DNA of 64,000 bases from Octopus vulgaris. Taxonomy: Eukaryota. Below are positions 54,080 through 64,000 of the stretch, in pieces; position 1 is the stretch's first letter, and every line of letters starts with the position of its first letter. The stretch is from NCBI GenBank assembly GCA_951406725.2, contig OX597830.1, positions 55,862,001 through 55,926,000 on the forward strand, in the 5' to 3' direction. Below the pieces are notes generated by a model that saw only the letters and a program-made list of their open reading frames with translations, had not been told where the DNA came from and searched no databases. The position numbers were made by a program, and so were the translations under genes.

Positions 54080-55814
54080 GATGATGATGATAACAGTTTC
54101 AAATTTTGTCACAAGGCCAGCAATGTCGAGGGGAGAGGATAAGTCAATTAGATTGACTCGTGCTCAACTGGTACTTATTTTTATCAACTTCAAAAAGATG
54201 AAAGGCAAAACTGACCTCGGCAGAATAATTCACCTCAGGAAACATGGGTGTTTTGTTCGTAGACCTTTTGAGTGGGATGAGCTACTTGACCAGAAGAAAA
54301 TTCTAACTGGATCCCACTTGCAAGGTCATGCATAGTTTATCTTGATATAAGATCACCATGTCATACACATATGGTTGTGATGTAACTCTAATTTCGAGGG
54401 GAGGGAAAAATCAACTACATTAATCCCAGTATTTGACTAGTATTTTATTTTACCACTCCCAAAAGGATGAAAGCCGAACCTGATGCCAATGAGATTTGAA
54501 CTCAGAACATAGAGCCAAAAGAAGTGCCACAGAAAATGTTGGCTGATGCATTCATGATTCTTGCCAACTCGCTATCTAATAGCAAAAATAAATTTTAAAT
54601 TCTGGCACAAACTTAGCAACTGGGGGTAAGTCAATTATATCGACCCCAGTGCTCAATGCTATTTATTTTATCAACCCCACCAAAAGGATGAAAGTCAAGT
54701 TGACCTCAGCAGAATTTGAACCCAGAATGTAAAGAATCTGAAGAAATGCAGCCAAGCATTTTGTCCAATGCACTAATGCCAACTCACCACCAAATAATAA
54801 TAATAATAATAATACTTTCTACTATAGGTACAAGGCCTGAAATTTGGGGGAGTGGGGACAGTTAATTACATCGACCTAAGTACACAATTGCTACTTATTT
54901 TATCCACCCCGAAAGAGTGAAAGGCAAAGTCAACCTCGGCAGAATTTGAACTCAGAACATAGCGATGGGAGAAATACCTATTTCTTTACTACCCACAAGA
55001 GGCTAAACACAGAGAGGACAAACAAGGACAGAAAAACGGATTAAGTCGATTATATCGACCCAAGTGCGTAACTGGTACTTAATTTATCGACCCCAAAAGA
55101 ATGAAAGGCAAAGTCGACCTCGGCGGAATTTGAACTCAGAACGTAATGGCAGACAAAATACGACTACGCATTTCGCCCGGTGTGCTAACGTTTCTGCCAG
55201 CTTGCCACCTAATCTTTTCTACAATAGGAAACAGGGCCTGAAATTTTGGACGGATAGGCATAATCAATTACATCAATCCCAGCATGCAACTGGTACTTAT
55301 TTCACTGACCCACCGAAAGGACGAAGAGCAAAGTTGGTCTTGGCAGAATTTAAATTCAGAATGTAAAACTGGACAAAATGCTGCTAAGTATTTTTCCCAG
55401 AAATGCTAATAATAATAATAATGATGATGATGATTACTTTTATTTGCCACCAGGGTGAAAGATGAGTGGGGACAGACAACAAGACAGATATAAAGTGTGG
55501 GAGTTTACACAGAATAAAACGATAAAAAGAAAAAAAAAAATAATAATAATAATAATAATATTCTCCACCACACTCTATTGTTGCTTTATCCACACAGAAA
55601 ATATCTTTTATTTCATTTCTATCTATTTTTTTTTTTTTTTTACTTTTTATTTATTTAAATATTTTCACTCTTTAACCGAGAACTCATGAAAGTAAAATAT
55701 GAGAATATCTTTAGAGTGTTTTGTCATTTCAGTATTGACATTTGTGAGGTAATCCTGTCAGGAGCACAGCCTATTGTTGTTGTTGTTGTTGTTGTGATTG
55801 TTCTCCTTTTACAC

Positions 55815-55846
<32 letters not shown>

Positions 55847-55856
55847 CATTATTATT

Positions 55857-55891
<35 letters not shown>

Positions 55892-56184
55892 TATGTTACC
55901 ATCATCCTTGTTATTACAACTATCTGATGTCAGGTATATTACATAATAGGAATGTGTACTTTAAATTCATTGTAGTAGTGGTGAGGTTTCTTTAACAATT
56001 TTCTATTCACCTACTTTTGAGAACCAATGTTTATTTTCCCAATAAACATCCCAGCATAGTTCTTAAACTGATTTGATCTCTTTCTTTTCAAAGACCGAAT
56101 CAAATTTACATATATTTATGGGTGGGGTGTATGTATCTATACATATATATGTGTATGTGTGGTCTATATATGCATGCATATGTG

Positions 56185-56230
<46 letters not shown>

Positions 56231-56263
56231 AATACATGCATATATATATATATATATATATAT

Positions 56264-56294
<31 letters not shown>

Positions 56295-56465
56295 GGTATA
56301 TTAACTGTATGGTAAGAGGCTTGCTTCCCAACCACATGATTCCGGGTTCACTCCCACTGCATAGTACATTGGGCAATTGTTTCTACTATAGCCTCAGGCC
56401 AACCAGAACCTTGTAAGTGGATTTCATTGACAGAAACTGAAAGAAACCCATTGTATATATGTGTG

Positions 56466-56512
<47 letters not shown>

Positions 56513-56738
56513 TTCTATTCTTTTACTTGTTTCAGTCATTTGACTGCGACCATGCTAGAGCACCACCTTAAAGAATTTATGCTGAATAAATCAACCCCAG
56601 GACTTATTCATTGTAAGCCTGGTACTTATTCTATCAGTGTCTTTATCTGAACTGCTAGATTGAAGGGAACATAAACACACCAACATCAGTTATCAAACAA
56701 TGCTGGGGTAACACAGACAGAAAGACACTCACACATAA

Positions 56739-56779
<41 letters not shown>

Positions 56780-57194
56780 ACAAGCTTCTTTCAGTTTCCA
56801 TCTACCAAATCTACTCACAAGGCTTTGGTCAGCCAAAAGCTACTGTAGAAGACACTTGTGTAAGGCACCACACAATGGGACCTAACCCAGAACCCAGTGG
56901 GTGGGAAGCAAGCTTCTTACCACACAGCCATGCCTGTGCCTATATATACATATACCTATTTCTATTTCTTTACTACCCACAAGGGGCTAAACACAGAGAG
57001 GACAAACAAGGACAGACAGACGGATTAAGTCGAGTATATCGACCCCAGTGCGTAACTGCGACCCCGAAAGGATGAAAGGCAAAGTCGACCTCGGCGGAAT
57101 TTGACCTCAGAACGTAGTGGCAGACGAAATACCGCTGAGCATTTCGCCCAGAGTGCTAATGATTCTGCCAGCTCGCCGCCTTATATATACATAT

Positions 57195-57710
57195 ACCATC
57201 ATCCTTATTTAATGTCAGCTTTCCATGCTGGCAAAGGTTGGACAGTTTCAGATGAAGCTGGCCAGCTGGGAACTGTCCAAACTCCAACTGTCTGTTGTGG
57301 CATGGATGCCATTCTTAATGCCAGCCACTTAATAGTATGTGGGGTACCCTTTATGTGCCAGTGGCACAAGTGCATTTGCACAGCACTGGCACAGGTGCAT
57401 TTAAGTAGCACTGGCATGGGTGCATTTACGCAGCACTAGCACAGGTGCTTTTTATGTGACATCAGCATCTGAAAGGACAAGCCTGTACATATGGAAGACA
57501 CCAATTTTACTTGACACACCTTTTCAAGTACAGCAAATCCCCACATCTCCCAGTCCCTTGTCATTTCCTCAGTGAGGTCCAGTGTCCAAAGTTCTTTTCT
57601 CACAACTCCATCCCACATCTTCCTGAATCTACCCCTTCCATAGGTACCCTTCACAATTAGAGCTAAGCACTTATTTATGCAGTTGACCTCAACCATACGC
57701 ATCCAGAACC
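57195..57710 (-). mobile_element. Degraded RTE LINE 3' end
   Basis: ORF 57436-57702: KCLALIVKGTYGRGRFRKMWDGVVRKELWTLDLTEEMTRDWEMW, homologous to 39023-39451. Confidence 0.85.
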
Positions 57711-58037
57711 ACGTAAGAAGACCATTACCTCCTGTCTAAAGACTTTTATTAAAACAACCACCTCTTAACTATATAAATACAGCTGTCTCCAGAAACACAT
57801 ATTAAGATCAACTCCTGGCAAAAAAGTTTCTTATACAGCCCTTTAGCATTCACATTATTCTGTCAAATGTAATGCTTATTTATTTACATTGTTTTAAATT
57901 AATCCTGCATTATCTCATAGCTTTGAGATTTCAAATCCTTGTTGCTTATTTTGATTATAATCACCCCATTTGATTTATATGGATAATACCATACCAAATT
58001 CTGGTGCCTTTAACTTAAGTACCATATTCATCTGAAC

Positions 58038-58096
<59 letters not shown>

Positions 58097-60054
58097 CACA
58101 CACATATATATATATGTATGTAAATATGTATATGTGTGTGTGTGTGTGTGTGTATATATGTATGCATATTGTATATCTATACACACACATATGTTTATGT
58201 GCACAATAGTATATACATGTCATATGTTTCGTGCACATATTTTTATTAACTATAACATACATTTGTCCGCTTGATAATTTCCCCCCTGTTTTAAAGTGTT
58301 CTTTAAATGTACAAGTGTGTTTTGTATTATCGTTAACTATTTCTTTTATAAACTTTGTGCTTGAAGGTAAAATAAAATTACAATAAACAAATTTGAGTGA
58401 AGACGCGTGGCCTAGTGGTTACGGGATTGCACTCATGAGTGCAAAAATCATGGTTTCAATTCCCATACCGGGTAGTGCATTGTGTTCTTGGACAAAACAC
58501 TTCATTTCATGTTGTTCCATTCCACTGAGCTAAAAAAAATGAGTAACGTTGTAAAAGACTGGTGCTCCATTCAGGGTGGATATTTCCTCATCTTTTGAAC
58601 AACAAATGACTCATTGCTGAGACATAATTTCATGGAGGATTGTAAACAAATGACAGTGATTTTAACTGACCTTTGTTTACAGTCAGCACGTACAAGTCAA
58701 GACAAAGGAAATACACAAACACGCACATGCATGCCTCTAATCTGAAACGAGTTAGTCTGGCCATAAAATACTACCTCAAGTAATTAACCCATTCCATGCT
58801 AATATGGAAAAGCAAACATTAAATGAACATATATTTATAAAGTATGTGTGTGCATAAATATATGAAAGGCTTCTTCTTGTTTCTATCTAATAAATTTCAC
58901 TCACACGGCACTGGTCAACTCACAGCTACAATAAAAGATAGCAGTTGATAGTATCAACATACTGAGAATTAACTCTTAAGCCACATGGTTCCAAAGTGAA
59001 CTTTATAACCCGACAGCCATATATACAATCATCATCATCATCATTTAACATCCACTCTTCTATGATTGCATGGATTAGATGGAATTCACTGAGGTAGACT
59101 TTTTTTGTGGTTGGACGCCCTTCCTGTCACCAACCCTCACCTGTTTCCAAGCATGGCAATATTTCCTCATTACCTGAGATGTTTTGCATGAAAGACTGGA
59201 AGTGAAAAACACTTGTATGATACTGATGTGCATTTGCAATTATTACATGATGTCAAGACAAGGGTACACACAAACACAAACACACATATATATACATATA
59301 CATGATGGGTTTCTCAAACCCGCTTGGAATGCTTTGGTTAATCCGAGGGCTGTTGTAGAAGATATTTGCCTAAGGTGCTACACAGTGGAACTGAACTTGA
59401 GACCACATGGCTGGGAAGCAAGCTCCTCAGCCACACAGCCATACCTACATGGTTTGGATATTTTTTTTTCCTTTACTACCCACAAGGGGCTAAACATAGA
59501 AGGGACAAACAAGGACAGACAAAGGGATTAAGTCAATAACATCGACCCCAGTGCGTAACTGGTACTTTATTTATCGACCCTGAAAGGATGAAAGGCAAAG
59601 TCGACCTCAGCGGAATTTGAACTCAGAACGTAACGACAGACGAAATACTGTTAAGCATTTCGCCTGGCGTGCTGTCTCTGCCAGCTCACCGCTGGTGTGG
59701 ATATAATTTAACCCTTTAGCATTTAAACCAGCTATATATCCAACCCAAATATTCTACCTGTTTTATATTCAAACTGGCCAGATTGAACCTCTCACACTTA
59801 CCTACAATGCCATTCTAAAAATGAACAGTCACATCATCAAAATCTTGAATTCATGAGATAATGCATGATTAATTCAAAACAACATAAATAAACAAACATT
59901 ACATTTAACAAAGTAATTTGAATGCTAAAATGTTAATCTAAGTCACAAATTGACCTGATTATGCACATAACTAAAAAAACAAGAGGACAATACAGACTAA
60001 TCTGAAACACTTAACTAGATTTAAATCTTCCAATTACAGAAATGTACTAACATA

Positions 60055-60365
60055 AAAGGCACCAATCAAGTGTGATCGTTACCAGTGTCGTCTTATTGGC
60101 ACCTGTGCCGGTGGCATGTGTAAAAAGATTCGAGCGAGGTCATTGCCAGTACCACCTGACTGGGCCCGTGCCAGTGGCACATAAAAGCACCCACTACGCT
60201 CTTGGAGTGGTTGGCGTTAGGAAGGGCATCCAGCTGTAGAAACTCTGCCAGATCGAGATTGGAGCCAGGTGCAGCTATCTGGTTCACCAGCCCTCAGTCA
60301 AAATCGTCCAACCCATGCTAGCATGGAAAGCGGACGTTAAACGATGATGATGATGATGATGATGA
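60055..60365 (+). mobile_element. RTE 3'-UTR tail copy (representative of >20 in the window)
   Basis: aaaagcacccactac..tcttggagtggttggcgttaggaagggcatccagctgtagaa...ccaacccatgctagcatggaaagcggacgttaaac(gat)n. Other copies at e.g. 8500-8740, 12050-12272, 19935-20245(-), 21125-21430, 26350-26760, 33490-33740, 47560-47953, 50210-50380 and 61130-61580(-). Confidence 0.85.
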
Positions 60366-62448
60366 AGGTGTACATAGGAGCCAATAATCAAGTATCGTTA
60401 CTATACAATAAGAAAATGGGTAGTTGGAATTAGTTACAAAAGTTTCTCAAGCGTAGTAAATTTCCATTTAATAAAAATGAGAATGTGTGTTAAGAGCGAT
60501 TTGAAGACAGTGGTGGGTTATTTAATAAATTTGCTTTTGTAGAACACCTGTTGTGATATGAAAAATGTAAAAAGTTGTCTGCATTAGTCACATGTTACAT
60601 AAATCTAGTTTGAGGTCTTGGGGTGAAATAAAGGCTCAAAGAAAGTAGTTTAATCCTTTTCTTGCCAACTTGATCTTATGTTACCAACCAACATATATTA
60701 TGTATTCATATCTAGATTAATAAATCTATGTAAAGCATGTGTCTACCTAATGATAACACTTGATTTTATATAACACTTGTCCAATGCTGTCTGACATTCT
60801 TAAAACATAATTCTTCTGTTCATCAATTTTTCTTGGTGGGCTGTTTTCCCTTTTTCCTTTACAAAATTCTTGTTTAAAAACAAACGCTAAATTTCAGCTT
60901 GATCACTGATTTTTAAATCACTGTTGCTAGTGTTCATTTTTAATGGCTATATTAACTGAAAATTGAAACACAACCACAAGCTTCACTGAATAAAACACCA
61001 ATTTCTAACAAACAAACAAAAAAATATTGGAATAGTGAAAGTAATAATGGATCAACACTAGAGAAAGAAAAGTAAAAAGACTTAGTGTTGTTGACTGATT
61101 TAAATCCTTATTGCTTACTTTGATTTATTTATCATCATCCTCATCATTTAACGTCTGTTTTTCCATGCTAGCATGGGTTGGACGGTTCGACCGGGGTCTG
61201 AGAAGCCAGGAGGCTGCACTAGGCTCCAGTCTGATCTGGCAGTGTTTCTACAGTTGGATGCCCTTCCTAACGCCAACCACTCCGTGAGTGTAGTGGGTGC
61301 TTTTTACGTGCCACCAGCACAGGTGCCAGGCGAGGCTGGCAACAGCCATGATTGGTTGGTGCATTTTACGTGCCACCGGCACTGGCATCGGCCACATTCA
61401 GATGGTACTTTTTACGTGCCACCGGCACAGGGATCACAACTACAATTTCCATTGATTTTTGATGTTGATGTACTTGACTCAATAGGTCTCCTCAAGCACA
61501 GGGTCGAAACAAGTGTTTCTTTACTTGCCACCTGCACAGGAGTCAGTCCAGCAGCACTGGCAACGGCCAGGTGCCAGTTATAAGATTTGGTTCCTCAATG
61601 CAAATATTCCACGCAATCACTGATAGTGATGTTAGCTATACAGAGAAGACTAATTAAGGGCTTGTACATGCTTGGATAATTTCAGACCCTCCTTACTCAA
61701 TATATCTAATGAGGGGCATTTAGAAGCTACCAAGGATTATCAACTGTACAAGGGACATGTGAGTTGTATTAAAGCTACAAAACACAAAAGGAATGGTAAA
61801 GTAATAAAGGCCAGAAGTGTTTCTGGCAATAGTTATAATGTATATATTTGTGTATTTGTTTCTGTGTTTGTCCCCGCACCATCGCTTGACAACCGATCTT
61901 GGTTTGTTTATGTCCCCATAACTTAGCGGTTCAGCAAAAGAAACCGATAGAATAAGTACTAGGCTTGCAAAGAATAAGTCCTAGGGTCAATTTGTTCAAC
62001 TAAAGGTGGCACTCCAGCATAGTTGCAGTCAAATAAGTGAAACAAGTAATATATATATACTAGCAGTATAACCCAGCCTTGCCCAGGATTAAGTTACGAT
62101 TATTAAGCTAATCAAGTTTTATTTCAAACCAAACTAAGTAATATTGACATCAAATTTGGGTGAAATCCATTGAAATTGGTTTATATATATTGCATATGTT
62201 TTTTGCCAAATAAACTCATGCACTATATATTTGTTCTTCACTCATTTATTGCTGTTCTTATTGTAATTCATGTCCATTGTCCGGAAATCTTTCGTCACAC
62301 ACCTGTGACCTCTTCGATAACACTTTTCATCTTTGTGTGTGCTCTTGCTCCACTTATTTCATTCTGCTCTTCAATTCATATAACTGTATATTATTTTTCA
62401 ACTAATTTGATTTTTTTTTTTTTCCAGCAGATACCATTCTACAGAAAA

Positions 62449-64000
62449 ATGTTGCAACATTTACTGATTGTTACTTGGCTGTTTGGTGCTACATTAACAT
62501 CGTATGCTTTGAATTATTCACCAGACTCTATCAACTTGAACTGCTTCAACTGTACCTACAGCAATGTCACCTTCTTTCAACTGTCATATAATAATATTTC
62601 CTCTATTTCAATTACTAACAACAATATGCTGCAACTAAATTTCAATCAAAACCAAAATGATTCCATACTTATCAACCTCGGGTCGATGCCCAATCTTCAA
62701 GGACTAAATGTATCCAACAACAAGTTGTTAGATTTTCCTTACAGTTTACTCAGCTACCCAAAATGGCAAACACTAGATATCAGTTCCAATGGAATTATTT
62801 ATCTAACCAAGCCAATAGTAACAAACAGCCTACATCTACATCTACAAAATAACCAAATACAGGAACTTTCTGACAGCCTTTTCCAGGATTCTCCAAATCT
62901 GGAAATACTGGACTTGTCTAATAACAAATTAAAACAGATCAAACTGGAAACATTTAGCAATCTAAAAAATCTTTCAAGTTTGAATTTATCAAAAAATCAA
63001 ATTCAAACAATTTATGGCCCCTTGTCCCTTTCTAAGCTCAACAGTTTGGATCTGTCTGAAAATTTAATCCAAGCCCTATCAAAAAACATGTTCAGTGAAG
63101 TCCCGTTAAACCTTAATGAACTTGACCTCAGTCATAATAAACTGACTGAGATTTCGTCAGATGCTTTCATTCAACTTTTATCATTGAAAGATTTTTCTCT
63201 ACAAGGAAACAATATAACAAAATCTATAAACTCTCTCCGTTTGCCGTACCATTTGATAAACTTCGACTTGAGTAACTGTTCACTACAGGAAATTGATCAG
63301 TGCAAATTCCAAAATCTAAAAGACATCCAAAATTTAAACATTGAGCATAATTCTCTGCTTTGTAACTGTCATTTGAATTCAATTATAAACATGTATGGTT
63401 CTTCAGTTCACATCAAGACCTGCAGGAATTCCAGCGAAGAGATAGACAAAGCACTCATTAATAGTTTGGAATTAAATTGCAAGCCCCAAACTTGTAACAA
63501 CTGGAATCCAAATATCAACTCTGATGCTTCTTCCAATTTGAATGTTAGCACCGAAATTGAGAAAGGCCGGGTGAGAATTAAGTGGATGACAAGTTTGATA
63601 GTGAATCAGTTCCATGTTTCAATCAAAGACTCGTCAGAAAATCAGTTAGAGGACATTACACTGAAATACGAACATGAATATTCGTTTGATACTGACTCCG
63701 CATTTGTCACGTACCACATATGTGTCAACGCTCTGGACAGAGACGACGACGTCATTTCAAAAAAATGTATCAGTGTTTTCATGAAGGATGCAAACATGAT
63801 AACAGGAATTGTGGCAGGGTTATTAGCATTGATACCTTGTGTTTTTGGATTAATTTATGTCACGTGTAAAGATCGGAACTACCACAGACTAAACAGCAAT
63901 ATGCAGACCATTACAAAACCAGTACAGAAATCTGATCTTCAGCAAACTAATGACAAGAAGGTACCAGCTAAACTGGCAGCACCACAAGGAAATCACAATC
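62449..64000 (+). CDS. Single-pass type I LRR + FN3-like membrane protein (partial, runs off the window)
   Basis: Hand translation from ATG 62449 shows no stop to the window end (517 codons). Signal peptide MLQHLLIVTWLFGATLTSYA; ~11 LxxLxLxxN repeats (e.g. LQGLNVSNNKL, LEILDLSNNKL, LSSLNLSKNQI, LNELDLSHNKL); LRRCT NSLLCNCHL; FN3-like segment (VRIKW...YHICVNAL); TM MITGIVAGLLALIPCVFGLIYVTC. Preceded by a poly-T + CAGCAG acceptor at 62411-62430. Confidence 0.93.
   Translation, partial: MLQHLLIVTWLFGATLTSYALNYSPDSINLNCFNCTYSNVTFFQLSYNNISSISITNNNMLQLNFNQNQNDSILINLGSMPNLQGLNVSNNKLLDFPYSLLSYPKWQTLDISSNGIIYLTKPIVTNSLHLHLQNNQIQELSDSLFQDSPNLEILDLSNNKLKQIKLETFSNLKNLSSLNLSKNQIQTIYGPLSLSKLNSLDLSENLIQALSKNMFSEVPLNLNELDLSHNKLTEISSDAFIQLLSLKDFSLQGNNITKSINSLRLPYHLINFDLSNCSLQEIDQCKFQNLKDIQNLNIEHNSLLCNCHLNSIINMYGSSVHIKTCRNSSEEIDKALINSLELNCKPQTCNNWNPNINSDASSNLNVSTEIEKGRVRIKWMTSLIVNQFHVSIKDSSENQLEDITLKYEHEYSFDTDSAFVTYHICVNALDRDDDVISKKCISVFMKDANMITGIVAGLLALIPCVFGLIYVTCKDRNYHRLNSNMQTITKPVQKSDLQQTNDKKVPAKLAAPQGNHN

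Noticed and set aside
53910-54335. 141-aa ORF
   Set aside because: Crosses an (ATA)n tract and SINE sequence; no recognisable domain.

Overview
Eukaryotic, AT-rich and saturated with microsatellites and retroposons. The SINE/RTE repeat complement looks like an Octopus (coleoid cephalopod) genome; this is an inference from recognised repeats, not a search result. Two real genes are visible. (1) Three consecutive, phase-compatible minus-strand exons (17132-17280, 9324-9378, 5446-5580) of the spliceosomal DEAH helicase DHX38/PRP16. (2) A plus-strand ORF missed by the ORF track (ATG 62449, open to the window end, >=517 aa) encoding signal peptide + ~11 LRRs + LRRCT + FN3-like + TM, apparently nested antisense in a >46 kb DHX38 intron. 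The rest is intronic TE material: DD34D-type mariner and DD37D (maT) relics, RTE LINE fragments and many RTE 3' tails, three tRNA-derived SINE families, Helitron and piggyBac-type non-autonomous elements, a solo LTR, and Penelope-like (GIY-YIG) elements. The most notable non-coding structures are: minimal hammerhead ribozymes, one near-intact; a Penelope-linked promoter (7 CCAAT+CRE modules, TATA, Inr, GT-AG intron) that could splice into an RTE ORF or the LRR gene; and a 16-bp minisatellite made of RFX X-box-like units. Most short ORFs in the track are repeat or microsatellite artefacts. TE boundaries are approximate unless a TSD or TIR is quoted.
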